Source: Styela clava (lineage: Eukaryota). Taken from it: a DNA stretch of 64,000 bases. Both the position numbers and the translations under genes were made by a program. Below, one piece after another: positions 18,163 to 30,500 of the stretch (position 1 is the stretch's first letter; each line of letters opens with the position of its first letter). The stretch lies in contig NW_027556749.1 in assembly GCF_964204865.1 (NCBI RefSeq), positions 1-64,000 on the forward strand. Direction: 5' to 3'. The notes under the pieces are model-generated. The model had not been told where the DNA came from, made no database searches, and saw only the letters and a program-made list of their open reading frames with translations.

Positions 18163-19064
18163 TGAATAACTATAACTACAACCAAAACCAAAACTATAAT
18201 CAAGGAATGAATAATCAAAATTATAATCAAAATCAAGGAATGAATAACTATAACCAAAATCAAGGAAAACAATACTCATTACCTAATATTGTTGCTGAAA
18301 GAGCAAGTACTATTTCAATGGCGTTTAATCCTAAAATTTTAACTCAATTTGGGTTAACATTAACATTTGACGTTTACTTTACAATTCCAAATATTGGATA
18401 TAAACGTGTTAATATGAAAATGTCGGCAAATAAATTTAAACATATTGAATTGCTTAATTTCTTACACAAAATGATTGGCGAAAATCGCTTTAATACACCT
18501 ATTTTTGGGATCCGTAGTGTAATCATTCAACAAAAAAATTATACTGATAAAAATACTGGTCAAATTAAAACAAGTTTTTATTCAACTTTAAGATTTAAAA
18601 ACCAAATCATCCCTCTTGCCGAAAATATTAGTTGACGTGATCGTGATGCTCAAGTTGGGCCTTTATTACGAAATACAAAAACTTATGCAATTGAATTTAA
18701 TAATGATAAAGATATTTATACTAATCTTGATGGTTCACCTGTTCAAGGACAACCTCAACCTCAACAATATCAACCACATAATCAACCTCAACCATATCAA
18801 CAATATAATCAAGGACAACCTCAACAATATCAACCACATAATCAACCTCAACCATATCAACAACCGCAACCTCAACAATATCAACCTCAACAATATCAAG
18901 GACAACCCCAACAATATAATCAACCACAAGTTCAACAACAACCTCAACAAGATCCTCAAATTGAACAATTAAAAAAGTTGAATAACGATATGAAGTTGAA
19001 TGAAACAATGAAAACTGAGGTTCAAGTACCAGAAGAAATCCAAAAAGTGAAGGTAATTAAATAA
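18162..19064 (+). CDS. N/Q/Y/P-rich low-complexity protein, possibly SSB-like
   Basis: N-terminal NYNQNQG repeats, beta-rich core, C-terminal QPQQYQPHN repeats; SSB role from position only. Confidence 0.75.
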
Positions 19065-19411
19065 TGAATAATAGTTTACAAAATACTTTAGATACAGCTT
19101 GCGCAAATTTAGTTAAGATTAAACAAAAAATTGACGAATTGCGTAAAACTGAAACTGAATATAAAGATATTTTAGTTGCTGTTATGAAATCTCACGACTT
19201 GAATAAATATGTGTCAAATAACCACTCATTTAATGTGTACAAAGAACGTAAAACAAAGAGATTGAACACAACAATTTTTAAAAAATTAGTTCAAGAAGAA
19301 CTTAAATATACAAATGAACAAATGGCAGAATTAATTGAAAAATCTTCTGGTGAAACAATTACAAAGTCATTTATTAAAATTAGTGCTGTAAAGAATGATA
19401 CATCAAAATAA
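19064..19411 (+). CDS. Hypothetical coiled-coil protein
   Basis: TAATG coupling; intact ORF. Confidence 0.75.
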   Translation: MNNSLQNTLDTACANLVKIKQKIDELRKTETEYKDILVAVMKSHDLNKYVSNNHSFNVYKERKTKRLNTTIFKKLVQEELKYTNEQMAELIEKSSGETITKSFIKISAVKNDTSK

Positions 19412-20075
19412 TTATAAGAAATATATAGTACCTCGTTTTAATGTTGAACAATTTGAATTTAACATGGCGAATTTGAAATTTGAAGAAAAAACACATAAAT
19501 ATCTATTAGTAGATAATCCATATCTTCAATTATCAAGTGTAAGTCAAGAATTGTCACATTGTAATAGATACTACGCCAGACGAGGTCAATTAGCTTCTAA
19601 AAGGATTCTTCAAATTGCGTCCCTAACAGGTAAAATTATTCACGGCGCATGTGAAAAAACAATATGAAATGAAGAAGTAGATTTGAGATCATCCGATTTT
19701 GATACAATACGAAATCGAATCAAACCTTGAATTGAAGAGCTAAAAAAACATTTCGAAAAAAATGATTATTTAAAGATCATAATGACAGAAGTCCCGTTGG
19801 TTTCTCGAAAAGAAAAACTGGCGGGCACTGCCGACTTGATATTATGAAACGACAAAGATAAGTGTGTCGAAATCTGAGACTGAAAAAGTGGAAAATATTC
19901 GTCTTATGAAAGCACTAAATGAAAATATTCGGCGCAACTTTGAGGTTACATAATGTTACTAAAAGAAAACTGAAAACCAAAAAACGAATACCAAAAAATT
20001 AGAACTTTTGTTGTTCACATGAAGGGAAATTTATTAATAAAGGAACAATTAAACTATGAAGAATTATGACAATAA
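19395..20075 (+). CDS. PD-(D/E)XK exonuclease (RecB/Cas4-like)
   Basis: GKIIH, TEVPL, LAGTADL, IWDWKS, QLWGY. Confidence 0.85.
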
Positions 20076-20532
20076 ATATATTATAGCAATTGACACCGCA
20101 CTCAAAAGTGGATATTATGGGAGATTGGGAAGGTTAGGTTTTATTAAAGGACACGGAACATTTAGTGACGTTTTAAGAAAAATAAAATATCACATTGACA
20201 TTATAAAACATCAAATTTCACCAAACAATCCTCTCATATTAATCACTTATGAAGATGTTGGAAGAAATCACAAGACAACAGCAAAATTACACGAGTATAA
20301 GGGAAAACTTTTACAAACAATAGAAAACACAGTTATTCATTATAAATATGAACGTTTTAATGAAGTTAACGTATTTAACTCAATTTTGGGGAAAAAACAA
20401 AAATGATTAAGAGTTGATAAAAAAGCATTTTCTAAAGATTTGTATAATAAATATAACGAAGACAAAACAGATAATGATGACCTAGCCGACGCCTTCGTTT
20501 TATATAAATATTATGATGAGTATCTTGAGTAA
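20056..20532 (+). CDS. RuvC-like Holliday junction resolvase
   Basis: IIAID, YED and DDLADA acidic motifs. Confidence 0.75.
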
Positions 20533-22880
20533 TGGACAAAAAATGCTGTATTATAGACATTGAAGTTTATAACACTAGCAATAAGCAAGGTCATCTATTA
20601 ATAGGCTTATTACCTTTATATGGCGACGAAGCATTAATCTACGATAATCCGTCGAGAGAAAAAGTTAAAGAGATTTTAGAAACTCACAATTTTATTTCTT
20701 TCAACGGTTATCGATATGATTTTATTGTTTTAGAAGATTACATAGAAGGAAAAAGTGTTCTGACTTCAAATAACAAAATTATTAAAGGAGGGAATGTATA
20801 TTTAGAAAATAAGTTGGGTAAGTATACTCACAAGTATTGAATGAAAAAAGCTTATCGTTCTTACGATTTGGCTGAATCTCAATTTGTAACAACTGGCTCA
20901 ATCGGAATGTCTTTGAAAAATAAGTACATTAAAAAATTTAAGCACGATATTTGAGAAGGTGAAAAAGGAGATAAAAAACAATTTGAAGAAGTTGATTATA
21001 TCTATAAAAACAAAGATAAATGTATACAATATCTTAATCGAGATTTGTACGCAACAAAAAGATTATTTAAACATCATGATAGAAATAGTTATTTAAATAT
21101 TGCTAAGATTGTCAACCCTACATTATCAAAACGAGTTTTACAATGATTATTATTTAATAAAAAAATTACTTTAATTGTTCGTAGCTTGTTAAAAGGCGAC
21201 AAGAATCCTTTTTGTAGAGCATCAAACGTTGTCACTTATAAATCTGATAACGATTCTCGAAATTACAATCCACCATTTATTTCATACCAAAAAGACTGTA
21301 TTTCAACGTCGACTGAAACAGATGGAGGAATTCATAATGCTATTCAAAATAAACTATTTAAAAGTGATGGCGCCGGAAAAATTTTTTCATTAGACTTTAC
21401 ATCACTTTATCCTAACATTTTAATACAAGGACAAAATAAAAAACAATTTCGTATCTTCAACGACGACTCGCTTTGACTATATAAAAGTTGATTAGAAAAG
21501 GCGACGAGATGAAAATTTGGGACCGCCGATGAGAAAGAACAAAGAAAACCATTAAAATTATTGTTAAACAGTACTTATGGTATCCTTCAATATATCTGTG
21601 TAAACAACTCAATTGGCGAAAAAATTAGAAAATGAATTTGTAAACAAGGACGTATTTATTGTATAAGCCTCGTTGATAAATTTAACAAAGAAGATACTAT
21701 GATTAATATTAACACTGATGGTATTTTTGTTAAAACTAAAAAAGATGTTAATTTAATTAGAGAAGAAATTGAAAAAGCGGTAGGGATTGGTTTAGTAGCA
21801 ACAGAGTTAAAATGATTCTTATCAAAAAATGTTAACGAGTTTTGTTATGAAACTATTGATGGACAATTTGGATTAAAAGGTATTTATAATTATACTAAAA
21901 TTAAACCTAATATTATTGATGGTAAAAAATTAACCGAATATGATATTAGAGAAAGAAAAAGATGAATTGAAGACTTCTCTAAAAATAAATATGAAAATTT
22001 GCCAAAAGATTATGCGTTATTTGGATTCGCTATTAATGATGAAATAGATGAAAAATGAGCTAAAAGTAACAGAGAAGCAATTACTGAACTTCATAGATTA
22101 GGATTAGATTTAGATTGTATTCAATGAACACAGACAGTAGTTAAAAGAAACAAAGATAATACTAAGTATGTAAGACATCGAAGTAAAGATTGAACAATTG
22201 ATACAACAAAAGTTAATGCTTATGAAAAAATAAGTCCATACGCGTCTCAAAATAAGAAAATGAAGACGTTTGAAAAATTTAACTGTATTAGTGTTAAAGG
22301 AAATGGTAAATATACTATTTTTGATGTCGATGGTCCATGTATGTTGACTGACAAATTAAAAAAGTTTAAAGACAAAACACTTATGATTAAATCAACAAAC
22401 AACGACGAAGATCATTTTAAATTAATTTTTGAAAGTAATAATATAATTTGAGAACTTCGAGAAAATTATAAAAAGTATGACAAGATAGTTGAGTTAAGAC
22501 CATTTAAATTTATGACAGTTTATGATGTTAAAAATATAGAATATAAAAATAATGGAGTAAAAATTGCTAAATTACCAAATGATCTTAAATTTTTCTTGGA
22601 TGATGTCCACATTTTGAAAAAAGACTACAAAATATGTGACGAAATCGAAGAGCAATTGATCAAGAAAGGGTTTAAGTATTCACGACACGCTTTACACCCC
22701 TATATTTTGACTATTCAACCAAAATGCCACGCAAGCGGTAAAAGTGACCACCACAATAAAGTAAAAAAAGGCTTAATATTGAGTGTAAAGAGTTTGGGTA
22801 ATAAATTATATGTAAATTGTTGATGTGGAGATGAAAAATGTAAAGATGAATTTTTAAAGGAAATTGAATATAATGAATAG
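20532..22880 (+). CDS. Family B DNA polymerase with C-terminal primase-like/Zn extension (782 aa)
   Basis: Exo motifs DIE, FNGYRYD, YLNRD; pol motifs DFTSLYP, KLLLNSTYG, NTDG; continuous frame to IFDVD and CWC...C. Confidence 0.88.
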
Positions 22881-24438
22881 TAAAACAAAAAAAGATTTAT
22901 GTACTGAATTATTACACATTTGTATTGAACGTAATAAAAGAAAATGACCTGACATTATAGATCATTTAAAAAATTGTTTTCCAAAAACGCCTTTTAAAGC
23001 TAATGAAATTATAATTCAATTTTTTATGGATTATAAATTAAAAAGATTTTATAAAGAAGTTGTAAGTAAGTATTTTTTATATAAATATGATATTGTTAAA
23101 ATTGGAGTGTTTACATATGTGTTTGATAAGAAAAAAAACAAATGGCAAAATTTTGAAATTAACGAGTTCATGGATTTATTAGACAAAGAAGAAATTCCCG
23201 AAGATTCAGCTCAAAATATTTATGATCACATCATTAAAAAATTACCTGATGGTTCAGAAGGTTCGGTTAAGTTAAGAAACATTTTGATAGAGTTTGCTGA
23301 TAACTGTCACAAAGACGGCGGTTATTTTTTCAGCAATAACAAAGCTTATAAAATTGAAAAAGATGGGGATGGTGTCGTTTTGAAAGAACATGATATACCG
23401 CTTTGGGATACTAAAAAGAAGCAACCAATCCCTTATTTTCAAAATTTACCTTTTAACAAAAGTATTTATAATAGATTAATTGAAAAAGGGGAAGCTAGTA
23501 TAGATAAAGACGTTTTGAATATGTTTGGTGGTTTATTTGAAAATAATAGTGAAGGGCGTTTAAATATGATTGCTTTATTTAAGTGTACAGCTAAATTATT
23601 ATTGAGATACTCATATTTAGGGTTAGTTTTTATTATTTATAATTCGGTAGGACGTAATGGAAAATCTAAATACTTGGAACTTCTAGACAACTTATCGCCA
23701 GAAACATCAACTTCTAAGTCAGCAATTAATACTATTATGAAATATGAGTTTGATATTATCACTAAAATTAGAAATAAAACTTTAATCATTCAAGATGAAA
23801 AACAAAAAATTACAAAAGAAGAAATTGTTTTTTTCAAAAAGACGACAAGTAATTTATATACTGACTTTTTAAAAGTTAAATTTGGTAAACCGTCGATGAT
23901 GATTTATCCTCAAAACTTCGTAACATCAACTAACTATACAATGGATTTAGAAGAAGATAACGATAGTATTAGAGCTAGATTTAAATTCATGCTGTTCCCC
24001 AAAAATTTCAAAGGCGCCGATTCAAAAGACGCTATGGATCCTGACAAACTAGATAGATTAATGAGATCAAAAAGTTTTTTAGAAGAAGTATTTACAACAT
24101 CACTATACTATTTAATGGCGTACAAATGTAAAATTGAAAATACTAAAGCGATGGAAGAATTGTATAATAAGAATATCAGCAGTCCAATTAAAGATTTCTT
24201 AGAATGATTGCTAGGTGATGGTAAAAGTAAATATTATAAACCTTCAGAACTACGCGATGAATATAGAATTTGAAAAACTGAAAGTGACATGTCTATTATA
24301 GATCGCCGACGTTTACCTCAAGTTTCGAAATTACTTAAAGTATTATATGACTCTTCTTTCTCTGAATACAGCGTTTATAAAGAAACTTCTTCAGGTGGTC
24401 AAGTGTGTTATAATATATCTAAAGTAATTAGAAGATAA
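22873..24438 (+). CDS. SF3 (D5-like) DNA helicase
   Basis: Walker A GRNGKS, Walker B IIQDE, motif C TSTN, RARF. Confidence 0.85.
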
Positions 24439-25920
24439 TTAAGATCTAATAATACTTCCGTGTCTGATGTTAGACATACGCATTGATCTTTCTCTATTTC
24501 TAATACCTTTAAGATAACCAATACGATTACCTTTAATTTCTCGCATTAGACCATAACACATTGCGTCGAAAGGATCGTTAAATCCAACACTATTATCTTC
24601 AACAAGTTTGTTAACATCATTAGCATCATGTTTATATTTCATGCTGTTTAAACATTCTAAAAGAACTGGACATTTATTTTTCAATACATAAAATTTAGCT
24701 ACAGACATAACTTCTTTAATCGATGTAATTCTAATCTCACGTTTAAAACTATTTGAGTTTTTACTTTTTACTGGAACAAAATATATGTTACTTCGAGCTT
24801 TAGCATACATTCGTAAATTATGGACTAAGTTAGGTTCGTTATCGTCGGTATATACTGTGGCTGCACGATTCATATCAAAGCCAAATTTTCTTAAAGAATC
24901 ATGAATAAAAGTGAAAATAGTTGTCTGTAAAGAGGTCGAATTATATGCGCGGTTTTTGTGTATTATTTTTTTTTCACATAACGTTATAACACTAGTTCGA
25001 TCTCTAGAAACAATACCCATTCAAACATAAGTCATGTTTATCGTTCGACCAAAATCGACACCAATTCGGAAAGAGCCACCTTCAAATGTTTTCTCAACTT
25101 GGAGCAAATTATCAATATGGATAATTTTTTCTGTTGGGAATATAATGTCTGAAGAAACAGCAGGTTTACCATAAGCAATAACTTCGGCGTTGTGGGATCC
25201 AGATTCGGCGTCTTTTAAAATTTCCTCGATTTGTTGTTTAGAAATATAACCTTCATCTTTAGTTTTGAGAATATTAGTTCAATGGTAAATCGTGTGATCT
25301 TCTTCACTAATATAAAACTCTTCACCTTTAGTCATCATTTTAGCTCGATTTCAAGGCAATACTTTTTCAAGTGTTCTAAAGAATCAACATCCGGGGAAGA
25401 AGGGGTTTGATGTGAAGAAACGAATACTTTCTTTTTGACCGGCAATAGCACCTTTAATGGCTGATAAGTCGGATTCGTCTAATTCACCAGCTTCGTCGTA
25501 AATTGAAATAACATAATCACAATAACCTCGAGGGAGTCCTACGTGCGCAATTTTACGTTGTGAAGAGTCTTTCAATCCTAAAGCTCTAACTGTGTAGTTA
25601 TTTCCTCGAATTGTTGAGTTTGAATAATTGATATTAAGTCCATTTTTTTTATATCAAGGTGGAATTAAATTAATATACTCTTCAAAAATGTATTTAATAT
25701 TTTTTAAAGTTTTACGAATTAAATAAATACGAAATGATTTTTCGGGCATAAAGTCGGCACACATCATCGCAAAAACTAATGCGTTTGCGGTTTTACCTGT
25801 ATAACGACCCCCACCAAACATAAATTTATAAATATTTAATTCTTCACCTCTTGACATCTTTAACATAATGTCGTTTAAATATGAAAATGTTGGTGATAAT
25901 CCAAATTTATTTTTATTCAT
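24439..25920 (-). CDS. terL: Terminase large subunit (PBSX-like)
   Basis: GGRYTGKT, YDEAGE, TSNP, GVDFG, NDPFDAMCY; three track ORFs in one frame. Confidence 0.92.
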
Positions 25921-26313
25921 CTATACTTTTTTTCCTGATTTATTTTCTACATTAATAGTATATTTTGGAGCTTCGTCAGAAGTTATAGTTATTTTATTAC
26001 CTATATCGTAACGAGAAGCTGTTGATAAAGCTCGTCTCATAACAATACTTTTTAATTGTTCTGAAAATTCACGTCAATTACTATCACGTACACAAAATCC
26101 TAATTCAAATTTTCATTTCTTATATTTTTCAATAAGTGATGGAATTGATCCAGGATCTGCTAATAGAACTAGAGTGTCGAGTTTTTGTTTCTTTAAAAAA
26201 TCTGTGAAACAAGTACAAGGCCCAACCTCTTTATGTGTTATCTTTTCAATTTTACGCCCATTTTTTTTAATATTTTTCTTGGGTCTAATTTTCCTTGATT
26301 GTATTTTGCTCAT
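25921..26313 (-). CDS. Putative terminase small subunit
   Basis: Position and size only; AAGGAG RBS. Confidence 0.5.
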
Positions 26314-27512
26314 GCTTGACTCCTTATTTGTGTTTTTTTATATTTAACTCTCTTTCTTATTTCTCTCTTTAAGTTTTTCTTCCCATATTGTTTTCTAGCA
26401 TTTTTAACTTTTAGTGATATATCTTTTTTAGCATTTATTTTAGCAGTCTTCAACTGTTTTATATTAGTTTTTCTTAATTCAATATCTCTATAATATGATC
26501 TTAAATTTTGACGTTGTCATGTTTTTAGAACAGATTTTGTAGGTCTGATAACATCCATCCTTGTATCGCTAACGTGAAAGTCACTACCTAAAACATCACT
26601 GAAAACAAAGCCAGTATAATCGACGTTTTTTTTAGCTTCTGCTTTTAAAACACCAATCATTTCTCTTCTTCTTTTTCGTCATGACTTATTTATTTGTGCT
26701 ATAGCTCATTTTTCAACTTTCTCTCTTTTTTTTTCTGTTCATTTTTTTCCTTTAGCAACAGTTGTAAGTAAAGCTTGACCTAATTCAGGATTTTTAAAAA
26801 AGATTCCAGTTTTTCACATAGCGGTTCCAATTCCACTACCACTTCCTTTACCTTTTATTTTACTATAAGTAGATCCAAAAGCAATTTTTGAGGGATTTAG
26901 ACTTTCTTCATAAATTCTTTCTGGTATTTTAACTCAAATATATCATCTATTGTGAGCTCTAATTCATAATTGTTGGGTAGTATGTTCATATCTAAGTCCT
27001 TGAATTCAAGAAGAAGCTACTCCTTTTAAATTTTCATAAGTTTCTAAGTTACCAACATTATATTTGACAGCTACTTGCTGTTTATTAATAACATCACCTT
27101 CTCGCGTTATATCTGTTTGTTTATTAAGATAATCTTCTTTGTCAAATTGGATTGATTTAATTTCATCATATAACATTTGTAATGCTTTGTCATAACCTCC
27201 TTTAGTAGCTATACCTAAAATATTTAGATGTTCTATTTTTTCTCTAAAGGCTTTTGCGTAAGCACTTGACATGTGAGTTTCAATTCTATCAACAGCTTTA
27301 TCGATTTGGATTCTTATTAATTGACGTAATGCTTTCCGATCTCAAGGATTTTTTATATAATAATAATATATTATAGATCTTGCCTTGTTGATTGTAGCTG
27401 TAATACCAGGTTGAAAAGCTCTAATGTCTGGTACCCCAGCATATCTATCTCTTTTTATTACTTGATAAAATGAATTTAAACGTTTATTATAATTTGTAAA
27501 GTTATTATTCAT
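26238..27512 (-). CDS. Basic protein with KTSC-like domain (424 aa)
   Basis: VASSWIQGLRYEHTTQQLWI...KIPERIYE; K/R-rich C-terminus. Confidence 0.7.
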
Positions 27513-27516
27513 AATT

Positions 27517-30500
27517 TTATTTTACAGGATTCAATCTTTTCAAAACTAAAGTACTATTTTCACTTAAATCATAACCAAACGTATTTACTAAGTCATAATC
27601 GCTAATTGTTGTTGATACTATATTATCTTCAGCGTCAACAATTGTATTATAAACACTTGATCCTGTTGTTATAAGTGAAGTAGCTTTTACATTCAATTTT
27701 GAATTTGTTGGATTATAAGTAGTATATACTGTTAAAGGTCTAGACAATATATTAATAATATGTCTTTTAAAAACATTAAAGAAAGGATGCGCTGATATAT
27801 ATTTAACAACAGGTTTATAAATGTCTTTAAATAATTCATATCATAAAGATTCTGTATTATAACTTATATTATTTTTATATTTTTCTAAAATTGTTAAAGG
27901 TTCACTATTTACGATATTTAAAGTATTTTCAGATGCTCAAAAATCAGCTGTAGTCATAGTCATAGCATCTATATAAAATTGTTTTAAACGTTTTAAATCT
28001 TCTAAAAGTATTGAAGGTGTTGTATATTCAAGAGAACTAAGATAAAATACAGGTTCATTCATCTTTGAATCATCTTCGAAAAAAGCACCAGTACCAAATG
28101 AATAATAACCACTACTTTGTTGAGATGTACTTTTTTTCTTATAAGATCGGAGTGAGTTTATTGAAAGAACATAATAATTATCTGAAATTATTTGGTCATA
28201 GCAAAAAGAAAATCAAGGTTCTTTTTTATGTGGATTTATATTATATAATCAAGTATTTTCACCGTTAGGTTCTGCGTCTTTCAAAATATGATTATTTATA
28301 AGTTTCTTATCTACAGCTTTATTATAACCATTTATAACAGTTTGAGCTCTATATCTTGACATTGAAATAGAATAATCACCTTTATATTTTCCTACATCTT
28401 CTAAAAGAACAATTGGTTGTATATTAGAACTTAAAAGACTTTCTCATTTCGGTAAACTAGGATATTGTTCAAACACAGAAATTGTAGGTTTAAATTTTAT
28501 TAAGTTAGGATCTATATATTGAACTATTTCTTCTTTTAATTGTAGATTAAATCTATAAGCATTAATTTGATTTTTAGATCGACCATTAATAGATGCATTA
28601 GATGAAGCTGTGTTTCAACCCGAACCTTTAAGATATCTTAATCTAGCACTTCTAGCATTATATCAAAAAGGAAATCCATTATTTTTATGAGTTATGGAAT
28701 GATATTTACCAGTTAAATTTAAAAATCTATAATTTCTACCATCCTCATATAAATCAACTAAGTCTTTAAACTGAATTCCTTTATTAGCAGAATATAAATG
28801 ATTTAAAGTTAAAGGTTGTAATGTGTTATATTCAGCTTGAAAATAACTTTTTCAGTTTGTATAATCTTCTGTTGTGAAAGGATAATCTGTCATATTACCC
28901 GATGGTTTTATAGAATTAGTAATAGGTGAATAACCAACATATTGATGTTCAGTATTTATTAAGTACAAATCACTTACTGTTTTTTCTAATTCACTTTTAG
29001 AATAATAATATGTTCTTTTTTTATAGAATAATGAATACAAAGAACTATATACTGTTGATGATTTAGTTGATATAATAGAATCTTTTTTGTCTCTTATATA
29101 TATTTCTAAATATTGCTTTAATTGTTCCATCGTTTTTGTTTCATCTATTAAACGTTGGTTTGCTACTGTTTTCATAGTTTCGATGTTAGTGGTTGATTCT
29201 TTATACAAATGACCACTCATATAAGTTTCTAAATCGCTAGAAACATCTGTTAAACTTGAGAGACTTATAGCTGTAGTATAAATCTTATTATATGCTGTTT
29301 CACTATTTGTAAAATTTTCATCTCCTATAATATCACTATAAATGTCTACAACCGCTTCATCTTCTCTACTACTATTATATTCACTCTCTATTATATTTAC
29401 TGTCTTTACTTTTAAATCATCATAAAAACTATTTAAATTAATTATTTTAGCATCCATGTAATTATCAACTTCTTTTTGTAAAGAACCTATTAATTTTTCT
29501 TTTGCTCTTGTAAAAATTTCATCTATAAAAATATATTTATATTTATCATAATCAATACTTGTTAAAGTATTAAAATTATTAGGTTTGACAGGATAAGCAT
29601 CACCTACAGGTAGCCCATAATATTCTACAGCATCATTAATAATTTGACCTAGTTTTTTATAATCGGTAACTATAATAGGTGATGTGTTTAAAGAATTTAT
29701 AATTGTATCTTTATATCAAGTGCTCAAATCTAATAATCTTTGATCTAAGTCCCTTATATTAGTTAATTTTTGACTATTTGATAAATTAGTATTATCATTA
29801 ACTCTAACTTTAAGATCTATAATATCTTGAGGTTTAGTAAGACCATCATAGTTAAAGTCATCATTAGAACTGTCGACAGTAAATAAATTTTTTAAAGCAG
29901 TTATTTTTAGCAAATTTTTATATTTTTCAATATTATATAATAAATTCTGTTCAATATCAGTAGGAAAATTTTTTAACTTAATATCTTTTTCTTTATTCTC
30001 TAAATAGTGTGGAAATGTATATTGTTGTTCTATCTCTCTAATAATATTGTCAGATTCTATAGTATAAAGATTTAGTAATTTGGTATCAACCAACAATATT
30101 AACTTATCTTTTAATTCTTTAGTAATATCTTTTTTAACAATATCTATATTAATATTGACATCTTGAACATCTTCAAGTGTAACTGTAAATACAGTATAAG
30201 TATTTATTGAATTTTTTTTTTCTAATAATTGATTTATTGTTTTAAAAGTTTCAATTTCTTGGATATCAGTTATATAAGTATAATTAATATCATCTAATAT
30301 AGAATTATATAAAAATTCTTTAGTTTCTAAAGGAACTATTTTTTCTAATTTATCAACTGTAATTGATTGAGCCGTATCATCTATAACAGATTTGTTTTTA
30401 TAAGATTCCAAATTTGAATAATTATCAGTACTATAATTAAACAATACCATGTTAGAAACTTCTCTCATATTTCCACTTCACTCAGATTGTGTTTGGGTTT

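Noticed and set aside
18616-19008. Three overlapping ORFs (Asn/Ile-, Val/Asp- and Leu/Arg-rich)
   Set aside because: They are alternative-frame and antisense shadows of the Q/P tandem repeat in 18162..19064.
19395-20075. CRISPR-Cas (Cas4) locus
   Set aside because: A solo PD-(D/E)XK nuclease in a recombination cluster; no repeat-spacer array or other cas genes seen.
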